A stretch of 47,728 nt of DNA from Octopus bimaculoides (GCF_001194135.2 NC_068994.1:57178741-57226468); one strand, 5' to 3'; positions 24,149 through 37,630 are shown, numbered from the stretch's first letter. Notes: generated from the letters alone by a model not told the origin. Program-made: numbers and translations.

Positions 24149-24669
24149 GTATGTATGTATGTATGTATGTGTGTGTGTGTATGTGTGTGGGGGTTTATAA
24201 AATAACAAGCTAAGGGAAGGAATTCCTTCAAAAGTGTGTGTAAAACATCCAATCCACTGGTACATGAGTTAAATACCACATAATTATGGGTATAATGCAA
24301 ATTACAAACAATAATTTAAATAGAGTGATTCAATTGACAATCCAATAATTTGTTTATATTATAATATAACATAATATAATATGAATAATATAATATAAAA
24401 AAACCCATTAAAAACCCAAAACAGCTGACAATTTGTTACGACTTACATGCATTTTTTATATATAAACAATTCAAATTAGAAGAGCCGTGTGAAATGTAGA
24501 AAATCCTCTGTAATTTTCTCTAAGCTATGAGTTGAGGTGTATATATTACTTGCTATTTCAGTCATTTAAAAAGTCAATTATGTATACCCTTGCATTTAAT
24601 CTTGACTCTTTTTCTTTCCCAACAATATTGGTATACAAAATTCATACCCACAGACCTTACGAAAATGAT

Positions 24670-24935
24670 AACCAAATTATGTTGAGCACAAACTGGGTCA
24701 CTCTGCCGCAGAGGCTCTACGGAATATCAAGCGGGCATTTAGTAATTGTCTTGTTGACATCAGAACTGGTTCCAAAGCTCTCGTTCAGGAGACGATAGCC
24801 TTGAAAATAAACCAAGGGGTAGACCATGATCTGTTATTCGGCATGACGGATTAAATGCTTTGGTTGAACAAAATCCGAGAACAAAGGCTCGAAAACTTTC
24901 ATCAGAACTCCAAGCATCTCGCACAACTGTTTCAT
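24670..24935 (+). mobile_element. mariner transposase N-terminal (HTH) relic
   Basis: HKLGHSAAEALRNIKRAF / RSGDDSLENKPRGRP / LNALVEQNPRTKARKLSSEL, with frameshifts. Confidence 0.85.
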
Positions 24936-25126
24936 GTGGTGTCTAGTTTTATAGAGAACTAGTACCGAAGTTTATTGTGTTCAGTATGACAAATTCCGTA
25001 ATTTTTTGAGGAACAATAAAATGATTTATGAGAGATATATTTTATTGTTTCTAAAACGAACGTACATTCAAATGCATGCATTCATATATAGTCATTCTCA
25101 CATACATACATAAGTACATACATAGC

Positions 25127-25164
<38 letters not shown>

Positions 25165-26339
25165 CTCCTAAAGTTCTTCCAAAATAGATTGTATTCCTAT
25201 TATATTCCATATTGTATAGGTAACATCGATAATAGTTACATATGTCATAAATGCGAATTTATACAGAAGACATTGTATATGTGAGGAAACAATAGCTAAA
25301 TCAGTTTTTGAACAATAGTTCTATTATAAAGTGATATTGAGACAATAGTAACAACATGATTCTATTAACAATTCCATTCCACAGGTCCACAAACCTGTTA
25401 TCTGGCACCAATCATAATTGATAGAGAATACAACATCAATGCTTTGGTTCACAATATATTAAAATCAAAACATAATTGAAATAATACTTTCAATCACAAA
25501 CATAATGAGATATTCTCAACACCACATAAAAAAACGCCAAAAAAATATCCATTAGAAAATTTAATTGTTTCTTCATTAGAATTAGATTTGAAAAACAGAT
25601 CGAAAGTGTATCCTACTGTTTATATTTATTTACATATTGAAAGAATTTAATGAACAATTATTTAGAGAGAGATTTGTGTGTTTGTTGGCCGTGGGCCCAA
25701 ACACAACCAAAATCATTGGAATGCTTTTCACTGAGAGAGAAAGTTCGATTTCATACTTTCTTGTTATGGCTATCGATTATTTTCTTTTGGAAATTTACAC
25801 CCCAACACTTGCTGCACGGATTCTTGTTTAGAAAGTTAATTTGAAATCATTGTTTATATTGTTATACTCTATGGAGGCGAAAAATAAACATATTTAGACA
25901 TGGAAAACAATGTGTTTAAACGTATTATGTATGTAAATGCAACACCCACTCGGCTCTGAATACGGAAGTTCTCTGCTAGTGAGATCATCTTGTTAAATGG
26001 AGGATATTGAGGTCAAAGATTATATTCTGGTGATCAAATAACAATGGATCCAATACAATGCCAACATCATAAATATTGCCGTTACCATTTGTTTTCTCGC
26101 TTTTAAATCTCACTATTCATTAAACCAAAGCCGTCCATTATTTTCAATTTCTATTAAATAAATACATATCGTTTGTATCATAGAACTAACATCTCATGTA
26201 CATATTCCATAATTCTTTAGCATATAAGAATGACATTTGCAGTCACTTCTCTATTTCGCTTGTCCTCTTTTACTTTCATTCTTACATTCTAACTTCACGC
26301 GCCTACAAACACACACATTCTCACAACGCAAAGCATATG

Positions 26340-26715
26340 TATTTGTGTGTGTTTGTATGTATGTGTGTGTGTGTGTGTGAATGCGTGCGTGTCTATGTGA
26401 GTGTGTGTTTGTTAGTGTGTGTGTGTGTGTGTGTGTGAATGTGTGGCTGTGTGAGTGTGTGTGTATGTGAGTGTGTGAATGTCTGTGTGTAAGTATGTAA
26501 GGGTGTGTGTGTGTGTGAATGTGTGTCTGTGTGAGTGTGTGTGTATTTGTGTGTGTGAATGTGTATGTGTAAGTGTGTGTCTGTGTGTGTGAATGTGTGT
26601 GTGTAAGTGTGTAAGTGTGTGTGTGAATGTGTATGTGTAAATGTGTGTGTGTTTGCGTATGTGAATGTGTATGTGAATGTGTATGTGTAAGTGTGTGTGT
26701 GTGTGTGTGTGTGCA
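26340..26715 (+). repeat. Degenerate (GT)n tract with higher-order units
   Basis: Recurrent gtgtgtgaatgtgt(a/c)tgt units. Confidence 0.95.
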
Positions 26716-27689
26716 CGCGCAGATCTAGTCTCTCCAAACATATTTTCCTGTTTATTCTGCATGGTTATTAAAACATTTAATCAAAATATTAATTATGAAG
26801 AATCGAATGAAACTTTCCAATATTTCATGTCTTCTTTATCATTAATTTCTCAACTAACATTTACTAATCGCCAGGCTATGCGTCGTACTTCTTTATTTGC
26901 CACTTTTAGTAGCAACATAGCATTGTATTCATTTAAACGATAGTCAGATACTACAGCAATTGTATTGTGTATGAAAATATTTACGAAGTTACATTTGGTA
27001 TAATAATTAGGTAACGACTTCCGAATTAGTGAAATTATATGGATTCTTACCATTTGTTCTTTAATGAGAACAGAGTTTATAATAAATAAATTAATTAATT
27101 AAAATTGAAAACAAAAATTATATTTCATTCTATTCAATAAATTCCATTTGGTTTAACAATACACAATGGTACTTAAGTTTAAGCATTCATAGTTTCCAAC
27201 TGATTAGCAGAAAAACCAACTTAGTATTGAAACTTTTAATGAAATTAGATTGACAATCGAGATATTTAGCATTGGGTGGTGAGCCAGTATTGAAATGTCC
27301 AATAGATTTTGGAATGAAGAACAAGTAAATACTGGAGTCAGTTGAGAAAACGAAACGAATTAAGCAAATCATAAGAATAACTATAACGGCAGAAGCGGCA
27401 TTAATACAGAACGGTAATATTTATTCACACTTAAAAGTGGATGTTACATTAGAACACAAAATACTGCGTTATTCATCGTGAGAGAATATCTCATCGCTAC
27501 AGATTATTTTTTATTAAATCTACTGGCTATTAGCAAAGCTGACTAGGCCCTGAAATTCTATGTATATCGCTAGCAAAGAAATCGCTTATATCTCTAGCTT
27601 CGGGAATCTATAATTGACAAGGCCAAGAAAAAACCGAAATCACGTGATTTTGTAGTTCCAGCAGCGAAAGCATATACGCACCATATTTG

Positions 27690-27935
27690 TACAAGGAAAT
27701 CATTGGACGTCACTGTGCTGTTCCAAAGGTTCCAGCAGTCTCATCTAAGGTTAGGACCATGTGCTGCAATAGCTTGGGATCCAAGGGCCCACAGCTATTT
27801 AACTCCTTCCCAAAACATCTGAGGGATCTCTATGGAGTAGGTGTAGATGCTTTCAAGAAACAACTCGACTTCTTGTTATCCAAGATCCCAGATGAACGAA
27901 TATCAAGGCAGGAAACTCAAAAGAGAGCAGGATCA
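27690..27935 (+). mobile_element. CR1/L2-type LINE ORF2 C-terminal relic
   Basis: NSLGSKGPQLFNSFPKHLRDL..VDAFKKQLDFLLSKIPDE matches the typical post-RT C-terminus (LFNSLP...FK..LD..L..IPDE). Confidence 0.8.
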
Positions 27936-28254
27936 CATAGAAGTAGCCAATTAAAAGGTGATTACAATGACGGTGCCCCAGCATGGCCACAATCTCAGGG
28001 CTGAAACAAGTGGAATATTAAAGGAAGAACAAAGAGGTTCTCTCATGAAGATAACGCAGTACGGTGTGTTTTAACTCAACATCCAATTTTAAGAAATATA
28101 TTTTTATGTCATATCCAGACAGGTAAGTTCAGTGTTCATTTGATCCAAGCCAAAAAAACAAAAAGAAGAAAAACACCTTGCTATTTTTGTTAAAAACCCA
28201 ATAGATATATAATTGGAATCTATAAAGAATTTTGATCTCTTAACGGTTTCAAAT

Positions 28255-28440
28255 TTTGGCACAAAGCCCGATACTTTGAGAGAAGAATGTTAATCAGTTT
28301 CATCGACCCTTGTACAAGAACGCAACTTTAATTTATCGACCTCGAATGGATGGAAGGCAAAGTCGATCTCGCCAGTATTTGAACTCAGAATGTAAAGAAA
28401 CGCAGCAAATGCCGCTAAGCGTTTTGTAGGGCGTGGTACC
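28255..28440 (-). mobile_element. Family B SINE
   Basis: tttaatttatcgacctcgaatggatggaaggcaaagtcgatctcgccagtatttgaactcagaa. Confidence 0.8.
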
Positions 28441-29908
28441 GACTTTGCCACCCTGTGGTGATATACTCATATCAATACGAAAAATAAAATTTCGTCCCTG
28501 TCGATGACAAGACTCAATATCTCTATTCCAGTGATGACACCCCACCTCGAATTTCTTCATCGGCATTAACATTGATGTGCGTTCCTTCTTTAAACTCATA
28601 CTGGTCTGATTTAAGAAGGAGTCATTGCTGTTATATCTAACAAATTGAGCGATCCTGCAGCGGTTCCTTCACTTTAGCTCAACGACAGATAGTGACGTTG
28701 ATTCATAAAAGCGATCTACACATGCATACGTTTGTATAAAAGCTAGCTATGTGTACGTGTGTAGATTATATATTACAAATGACATTGCATTGGAACGCTA
28801 ACAACTCTTCTTTTTAGATGTTTATATATATATATATGTGCGCATACTATATCTATACATATCTACCTATTTATCTAACTACCTATATANNNNNNNNNNA
28901 TATATATATATATATATATATATAGTTGAAATTTATAATTTATATATATATATAAATATATATATATATAGTTGAAACTTATAATTTATATATATGTACA
29001 CTATATATTACATACATATATACTACATATATAAACATTAGAAACATAAGTCTATATATATATATATAATATATATATATCTACACACAAACACACGGAT
29101 ATGTGCGTTTGTGTGTGTTCATGCTTGTATACATGTATATATGCATATACATATATGTATATGTATTTGCATATACGCATGTATTTAAAAATAATTTGCA
29201 GAGAGAAACGGTTCGTAAATAAGATATCATATGAACAGAGAAAATATTTCGAAAAAGGCAAAGCAAAATTTCCCAAAAATCCTAAGAAACACGATAAACA
29301 TTAGAGGAGGATAAATAACGATGAGGATAGGAAATGATGGCGTATGGGGAAAAGAGAAGTCATAAATAATAAGGATATAAAAGCTGTGAGAATTGAAATT
29401 GTTTGATATAGTGCAAATGTGTTGTTTCTTTTAGTTTGAAAGAGAGAATTAAAACAAAGAAAGAGATGACATTAAATTTGGCATAGGTTAGCATGCGTTG
29501 ATATAAGAGCAGGTTCCGTTCGGAAAGTTTAAAATAAGATTTATGCTAAATGCTCCAGCTGTTTTCTATGATTACGAAGTAATTTAGAAATTTTTTTTCA
29601 AATATGAAATGATATATGTTATGTTTATATATATATATATGTATATGTATATGTAGATATGTATATATATATANNNNNNNNNNNNNNNNNNNNNNNNNNN
29701 NNNNNNNNNNNNNNNNNNNNNNNNNNNNNNNNNNNNNNNNNNNNNNNNNNNNNNNNNNNNNNNNNNNNNNNNNNNNNNNNNNNNNNNNNNNNNNNNNNNN
29801 NNNNNNNNNNNNNNNNNNNNNNNNNNNNNNNNNNNNNNNNNNNNNNNNNNNNNNNNNNNNNNNNNNNNNNNNNNNNNNNNNNNNNNNNNNNNNNNNNNNN
29901 NNNNNNNN

Positions 29909-29939
<31 letters not shown>

Positions 29940-30399
29940 TTTATGTATTATTTATGAACATACACACACTCGTACTCACACACACACACACACAAACACA
30001 TATATATCAACTGATCACGAGATGAATTAAAATTATTGAAAATTGGTGATGTTTTATATAAGTATAATTTTTGCATTAAACTGGATGCAAACCATATATA
30101 ATATATATATGTATATATATATATATCGATTTGAAGAATACGAAATAAGAACAATTGCTTCTGTTTTAATCTTAATCTTTAAATGTTGTAATTTTATTCG
30201 GGGAAAAAGGACTCGTGTTGGAATTATATTTTATATTCTCTGATGTTAATGTTGTGTTGCCGAAATATTCTCCAAAGGGGAAACGCTTCATTAACAGAAA
30301 TTCTTTCTTTTTTGCTTCTCTTGTATAACTCAAGATGTTTTGCGTGATGAGAATCATAGTAACAACAACAAAAATACTAATAATAATAGTTTCAGGAGA

Positions 30400-30570
30400 T
30401 TTCTTAGTCGATAAAATCAGCACCAGTACTTAACTGGTTTTGATGTTATCAACAGCGAAAAGATGGAAGGTGAGGTTGACCTCGGTGGAATTCGAACCTA
30501 CAGCGTAAAATTCCGGAAGGCCTGCTGCTAATTATTTTGTCCTACATGCTAACATTTTTGCCAGCCCGAC
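30400..30570 (-). mobile_element. Degenerate family B SINE
   Basis: agtcgataaaatc..ccagtacttaactgg..gatggaaggtgaggttgacctcggtggaattcgaac. Confidence 0.7.
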
Positions 30571-30979
30571 ACCTTAATGGTTACAAATTTTGGCATAAGG
30601 CTAACCATTGTAGGGAAGGAGGTAAGATGTTTTCATCTTATGTATTTCTTGCACAGCCTTCACAAATATATGCTCCCTCTGTAATCAATAAGTGGAAAAT
30701 AGTGACTATGGCAGCCGGTTACTTGAGAATGAATGCAAATGAGAAAATTATGAACGTTATCTCGACTTACTCTGATCTCTTGGTGATAATCTGGATATAT
30801 GACTTTCAATTAGTGGCATAATTATGTACGAAGCAAAGACTGAGAAACTAACCGTGTACCAAAGATTCAATAGTATTTTCAGATAATATTATAATATTTT
30901 CAGGTAATATAAATTACTGTTACTGACTGTTTATCCTTATATATGATACGGAATGAAAATTTTAAAAATATTTCACAAT

Positions 30980-31076
30980 AGGCGCAGGAGTGGCTGTGTG
31001 GTAAGTACCTTGCTTACCAACCAAATGGTTCTGGGTTCAGTCCCACTGCGTGGCACCTTGGGTAAGAAGCCTGTCG

Positions 31077-31080
<4 letters not shown>
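30980..31080 (+). mobile_element. Family A SINE with intact tRNA-like head and internal deletion
   Basis: aggcgcaggagtggctgtgtggtaag..ggttctgggttcagtcccactgcgtggcaccttggg joins directly to aagaagcctgtcgtata. Confidence 0.9.
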
Positions 31081-31118
<38 letters not shown>

Positions 31119-31383
31119 AGTGTGTGTGTGTGTTTAATGTAAATATGTAATTTATATATATNNNNNNNNNNNNNNNNNNNNNNNNNNNNNNNNNNNNNNN
31201 NNNNNNNNNNNNNNNNNNNNNNNNNNNNNNNNNNNNNNNNNNNNNNNNNNNNNNNNNNNNNNNNNNNNNNNNNNNNNNNNNNNNNNNNNNNNNNATATAT
31301 ATATACACATTAAATATATATTCATATATATATAAATTTGCTTGTATGCGTTATAAAACCTTAAATGGTTGAATGTATATCTG

Positions 31384-31441
<58 letters not shown>

Positions 31442-32045
31442 AAACTTCTATGTATGTATAAATGCATTTATCTATAATTTTTTCTACACATGTGTATGTA
31501 CATACATGTGTTCGTAACTGTTAACGCACATACACGGAAACGCGTGTATATATATATATATACACATATATACATCGAGGCTTGAGGGATAGAGAATACT
31601 CATCGAGATGAATGAACCATATAATCAACGGTGTGTCGTTTGGTTTTACATTAGTCATAAACTTGAAAATGATTGATGTTTACCTGTGCACTTTGTCTTT
31701 GTTCCTTCTGGCTACTTATCACTGTTTCTAAATATCTTTCTTCAAAAGACAGTTTCGACCTTATCATACTTCTTTTTTTCTTTACGATTCATTTAGAAGT
31801 ATTAGTAATGAAAATGAAGTAGGCAACATAATACGGTGAAATTGAGTTAGATACCTGCAGATATATTGAGTTTATTTCTAATCGTCTGCTTGCCCATCAC
31901 TATGCCATCATCTTTTTAACTCTTCTCTCTCTTTTCTTCTTCGTTACAACTTGTCATTAGTTAGAAACCACTAAATTTCTCTCTGAGTTCAGAAAGAAAA
32001 ATACTATACAAGTCGAAGCAATTACAGAGTCTTTTGCAAATATAT

Positions 32046-32212
32046 AGTCGCAGTCGTGGATGTTTGGTAAGAAGCTTGCTTCCCAACCACATGGTTCCGG
32101 GTTCAGTACCACTGCGCGGCACCTTGGGTGAGTGTCTTCTATTATAGCCCCGGGCCGACTAAACACTTGAGTGGATTTTTTAGATGGAAACTGAAAGAAG
32201 TCCGTCATATAT
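32046..32212 (+). mobile_element. Family A SINE, near full length
   Basis: ggtaagaagcttgcttcccaaccacatggttccgggttcagt..gcggcaccttggg..ggaaactgaaagaagtccgtc followed by a (GT)n tail. Confidence 0.9.
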
Positions 32213-32213
32213 A

Positions 32214-32283
<70 letters not shown>

Positions 32284-32359
32284 ACTTTCAGCTATAAATA
32301 TGGAATTATATGTTTCTGTTTGTGTGTGTATGTATGTGTACATATAGATAGCTTTAAAT

Positions 32360-32413
32360 ACACGCTCACACACACGCTCACACACACGCTCACACACACG
32401 CTCACACACACGC
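32360..32413 (+). repeat. 12-bp tandem repeat (cgctcacacaca) x4
   Basis: Direct reading. Confidence 0.95.
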
Positions 32414-32799
32414 AGGTTTTACGTGATCGAATTTATTGAAAAGACTACCCCACCCTCACCCACAAGCCACAACGCTATATAGCTTAGTGAGCATATAATT
32501 CACGTGCACACACTCTCTCTCTCACACACACGCACACACAAACACACATACACTAACTGCTACGCAGGCACTCACTCACATGTACACACTCGGATGCACG
32601 CACAGAGCCAAACACGAACACACCCTTCCAACCGTGGCCTGAGATTTGAAATTGTGTTTTGAGGTCATCTCTTAGCATTTGCCTCGAGTTAATGCGTTTT
32701 TGTGTTCACTCAATAGGAGCTTAATCAGCCATGTTCACATCAGAATGGCCAACAAAGTCTACAGGCAGACCTTTGTCATCAGGACAACAAATAGTTTCT

Positions 32800-33060
32800 A
32801 TCCCTATCGTCATCATCACCATCACCACTATCATCGTCATCATGATCATTAACATCATATCCATCATCATCTTCAACATCACCCCACCATCATCACCATC
32901 ACCACTATCGTCATCATCATCACTATCATCATCATAACTACCTCCATCATCATTATCACCGCCACCGTCATCATCATCATCACAATCATGATGTTTGTTA
33001 TCATTTTCGTCATTATCATTATCCTCATTTAACAGTAACAACAAGATCGTTATCATCAAT
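32800..33060 (+). repeat. Degenerate (CAT/CAC/CGT)n trinucleotide tract
   Basis: Direct reading. Confidence 0.95.
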
Positions 33061-33163
33061 TCCATTCTCTTGTACTGTATACCATCCGATATTCTTTAAG
33101 GCGGAATAATTGGTCAAACTAAAGGGTTTAACCTGAGCAAAAGAAAAATTTAAAAGTAGTGGC

Positions 33164-33599
33164 ATTCCGAAAGGCACTCGAGCAGATGAGGTCCAAGCAT
33201 GCCTAAATTCTTCTGCTCTGTGACATCATGTTACGATTCTCAGTCTTACCACTAATATGAGAGCTCAGCTAAACAGTGAGCAAAAGTCCGCAAAGTTTGC
33301 TCAGGACATTTTGACACTTGGTGATGGCGAAATGCCTCTCGACGTCGACGCTGCAGGAGAAATGGAAGTGTGACCAATTTCCTCTGTTGTTAATTCTGTG
33401 GATGAGCTCAAACACACAGTCTTTCCCAACTTCACAGAAAACTAACAAAATCACAATTGGTTGTGTGAAAGAGCAATATTAGCTCCAAAAAACGTCACTG
33501 TTAAAAAAATAAATCAACAGCTAAAGCATTCTCTTGCCGGCACTCTTCACACTTACAAGTCTGTTGATACAATTCCAGATAAACATGAAGTGGTGAACA
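33164..33599 (+). mobile_element. Helitron RepHel PIF1-like helicase fragment
   Basis: IPKGTRADEVQACLNSSAL*..LSLTTNMR..FAQDILTLGDG..WLCERAILAPKN..V..IN..L...L.G....YKSVD, with 3 in-frame stops. These are hallmark Helitron PIF1 motifs. Confidence 0.93.
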
Positions 33600-33698
33600 T
33601 GTATACACACATGCATGCATACATACATCACAAAAACAGAAAGCATCAATAGTTATATTGAGACCGACGAGGTGAAAGAATATTGATGGAACTTAAAA

Positions 33699-33995
33699 AT
33701 TAAAACAGCCACCAAGTTAAAACACAACCAGCCAGACATTGTTCTGGACACCAATGATGTTAGAAAAATACAAGAGAAAGAGAACATCTATGAAACACTG
33801 ATAGCGAGTTTGCAAATTTAGTGCCCCAGATAGACTTTCAGCTTTATGCCTATTAATACTGGAGCAATACCTACACGTCTGGAGCAAAGTATGGCTGTAT
33901 TTGGGATCTTGGGGAGAGAATGCAAATCGTTAATTTATATGCTACGAATGATCACAATATCTGGCACTTTAAATTCTCCAAGAAAACAAGACGCT
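33699..33995 (+). mobile_element. Non-LTR retrotransposon RLE-domain relic (R4/NeSL-like)
   Basis: IKTATKLKHNQPDIVL..EKENIYETLIASLQI*CPR*TFSFMPINTGA matches HNRPDIV...K..EK...Y..L...P...GA. Internally deleted. Confidence 0.7.
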
Positions 33996-36424
33996 TTCCT
34001 TCACAGCCTTACTACCAAGTAGATGGCCGTCAAAATGGTCCCTAAATTAAAAAGCGGAAGAGAGCACACACATACATACATATACACATACATAAATACT
34101 TTATATTAATATATACATACATACAAACATAACGCACATAGAAACATACGTATATCTGGTGTGCATTTCTATGCTCACGTGTATTTTCAACAAACGCGTG
34201 CCAAAAGTGTATGCTGTAAAATATGCTAAACATGCCTCTCTCTCCCTCCCTCCCTAAATCTTTCCAACTCTTGCATATAAATACACGTGTGCACCCGCAT
34301 GCATGCCTGTAAATTTATGCATGTAGTTGTGCATGTTCATGCATTTTGTAAATGTGTATTTGTATGTACGTGCTTAAGGTTTGCGTACGCGCGATTTTTA
34401 TATGAATTTCAATCGATACTTTTTGTGTACACACTGCAACCCTAGTGAATGAATTGATAAAGCATTCGATCAGCCTCGCACTATCTGCTATTAATTACCG
34501 TGAGATCGATAAAAACTATTATAGTCATCCATCTTTCTGGGTAACTTGTGTGTTAATACCAAGCCGTATGTATGCATGCAACTACCTATCCTTATTGAAG
34601 ATCAAAGAAACTCCATCTCGATGTATACATACCTTTCGGCTAATCTGATTGAGAAGAAAATGTTTTATGTTTTTATTTCTACAAAGCTGGTTTATTCTGT
34701 GTAGATTACCTTGCTTTCGGGGGAAAAGAAATTATTTAGAAAGAAAACACACATTTACTCCATCCCTTCTTCCCTTCTTAATGATGTGGATATTACATTT
34801 GAAACGACAAGATATACCATCACGCGCTCAGTGCCCGAATAAACAGGTATCTTACTGCTGCCAAACCTATTCTTCATCAGTAATAACGTTAGACATAGTT
34901 GCACTGACCAAATGACTATAATAATGTTCGGCGTTAAACTGCAGTTTCATTAGTTCGTATAGAATCAATGGCAACAAGTTATTTACGTCTTAGCTTTGGT
35001 AGAAACACACTTACCCGTTAAGAAATCATGAAGAGCTTTTGAAAGAAAAAAACACCAAGAATTTAGTGACTCGGTTGGTTGAGTATTCCACCAAAAGCAA
35101 TCTGCTTAATTGAAACATTATCAGTAACAATCACATATATCAAAACACGAGTTTTCTTTCTAACATTGTATCAAGCCGTAAATGTTCTTTATTTGAGGTA
35201 ATTCTATTAATTGATTTATTATTACACATTTTACAGTCTGATATAATTGAAGGTATCAACCTCAACACATGATTACTTCTGCCCGTATCGATCTGGACTA
35301 AAAAGAAGACGTAAGGGGTTTGAACTTAAACTCTGATTAAATACGAAGACGTATCCGAACCAGCAACTCTGTGGCCAAATCAACATGGCGTGTTCATCAA
35401 CCAATGAGCTGCCGCAAAGAAGGTGCCTCTCTCAGTTCATTCAAACAACGAGAAAATAATCCGTTGAAGGAACCTCTTCGTTCGCATGCTTGATATGCTA
35501 GAAATAGCAACAAAGTATGCCTCGAATCTCATTGTGTGGTGTTTGCTGATACAACTTTGCCCATAGGTCTGCTCACTTAGAGACGAAGTAGGCCTGAGTA
35601 ACAACACCAACGAGCAAGAAATGACTCCTAAATCTCTTTAAAATCAGGCCATACTGCCTTTAAGGTGGAGCGTGCGTCTAGAAAATACAACTGTCTCCGG
35701 AACACATTTCCTCAAATCTATGAACGACCAGGGAAGACGCAGGACTATTCAATAACAATGATAATCGATCAACTTAGAAATGATGAAATGAAGTCGGTCA
35801 TATTTTGATCCCCTTGTATGTATAATGAGTGAAGCAGAAAGCAAAAAGAAAGAGGGAGGGGGAAAGGGAGAAATAAGGGAAAGGGTGAAAGAGAGAAAGA
35901 GATGTCCACCAGTTTTCATAATTATTATTACTTTGAGATATTGAAGCAACAGCTTCCTGTTTGTTAATCTGTTTTTCTTCTCATTTGTATTCTTCCATTG
36001 GTTTCCCGTTTCGTTGTGAGAAACGCTTCATTTACTAACCTTTACCGACTGTTAAATAAGACATTGAAATAAGCCCTGGTACGTGTGACCAAGTAGAAAC
36101 ATAGAAGAAAGTTAACATCAATCATAATCAGGAAAATCTTTCGTAATGGATTTAATATTTATTTAGTGATACATTTTCGTCATCTTTCAAGCGAATACAT
36201 AATTGGTAAATATTTGCTGAAATTCATTTCGTTCTGACATGAGCGCTGTGACATTATAACCATTCCGACTGCTTTATGTCATACAGGGCATCTACTACGT
36301 GAGTATATTCACTCGCGTCCTTCGCTACATACATAACGGCATTCTTGAGCTGCTGCTGTTAATACTTATTAGAGAAGTTCTTTCATTAAGTCATGCTTTC
36401 CTTTTTTTTAATATTAGGAAATCA

Positions 36425-36495
36425 TATTTTCTCCGTCTTTACATTCTGAGTTCAAATTCCGCCGAGGTTGACTTTGCCTTTCATCCTTTCGGATA
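36425..36495 (+). mobile_element. Family B SINE fragment
   Basis: cattctgagttcaaattccgccgaggttgactttgcctttcatcctttcgg. Confidence 0.85.
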
Positions 36496-37114
36496 AATAA
36501 GTATATTTATTAACTGCATTAATAAACAATATCTCTTACAGTTGTCTGTTTAGATTCATACTTTAAAGATTATATTTATGATAATTATGATGAGTTCTGA
36601 ATATAAAGTGTAGAGAGTATTGTTTATTTAAGCTAAATTCATCCATGCATATTTTTTTAATTAAATATCACACGCTTCTGTGTGATATTAAAAAAAAACC
36701 CGCATCAGTGACAAACAGACATGCATAATAATGGCTCGAAATAATTCTTCTCTATCCTAAGAGAACTAATCCGCGGTTAAAAATAAACTTAACATTCTTT
36801 CAACGTGAACATAGATTATTACCATCCAGGCGGTGCACCAGCATGGCCGCAGTCTAATGACTTATTTTAGTCATTAGGTATCTATGTGTCTATTTATATA
36901 TAGGCATTCTGTATCTTCATGTGTGTCTTTAAAAACCGGATATTTTGAGTCGAGCAAATAATATCGAATCAAGTATTTACCTCGACATAAGCTAATATGA
37001 ATTTACAGGTTAATGTGTTTATTTTGGGCGGTAAACATCTAGAATTTCTGCTCTAAATATTACGCAATGTATCCGGGGTTATATAGACATGTTTTATAAT
37101 TCGTCAATACAATT

Positions 37115-37165
<51 letters not shown>

Positions 37166-37461
37166 CGCGCGCGCGAACGGAAGCTGACTAGCTCTGATAT
37201 TTAAACATTTACATAAGTATCCGTTAAATGCAAGTATGTTTGTTAATTGACACTTTGACTGATTACTGCTAATGTCATTTGCCTTGTGAGATATTTCATT
37301 AATTGGTTGCCTGCTTAAACTGATTGGCTGATCACTTGGTAATTTCAGCTGTTTTACCTAACACATTGCAATAGTTCACTCCCTTTTCATTGTTTCAGTG
37401 CTTTATTAGCAATTGATTAATTAGTTTCATTATTACCACAAAATACAAAAAGCAATATACA

Positions 37462-37506
<45 letters not shown>

Positions 37507-37567
37507 NNNNNNNNNNTGTGTGTGTGTGTGTGTGTTATAATTTAGAACAAACAGTAAAAGGTTGTCA

Positions 37568-37630
37568 TTATAGTACTCGGAGTTTCGAATATCGGAGCAA
37601 AGAGCTACGATACATTATCGTCGGTTATTA
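37568..37630 (-). ncRNA. Type-I hammerhead-like motif, U4C core, extended stem II
   Basis: Minus strand: TAATAA CCGACGA TAATGTATCGTAGCTCTTTGCTCCGATATTC GAAA CTC C GAG T A CTATAA. Stem II pairs TATCG/CGATA and AGC/GCT, stem III perfect, stem I 4/6. Confidence 0.6.

Noticed and set aside
25633-25869. C2-like readings downstream of a strong minus-strand acceptor
   Set aside because: Two different frames each gave a plausible C2 match and both contain stops, showing how easily such matches arise by eye.
26196-26943. His/Thr or Cys/Val-rich ORFs, plus the similar YI/SIYL/CV ORFs across the window
   Set aside because: Translations of (GT)n, (AT)n and (GATA)n microsatellites.
28900-29000. Tandem copy of tagttgaaa(t/c)ttataatttata, and gatcgatag on both sides of the 19362 gap
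   Set aside because: Both lie beside 10-N gaps; likely contig-overlap artefacts or trivial slippage.
32721-33065. Asp/Gly-rich ORF resembling acidic shell-matrix proteins
   Set aside because: It is the antisense reading of a degenerate (CAT)n tract, with no signal peptide or splice support.
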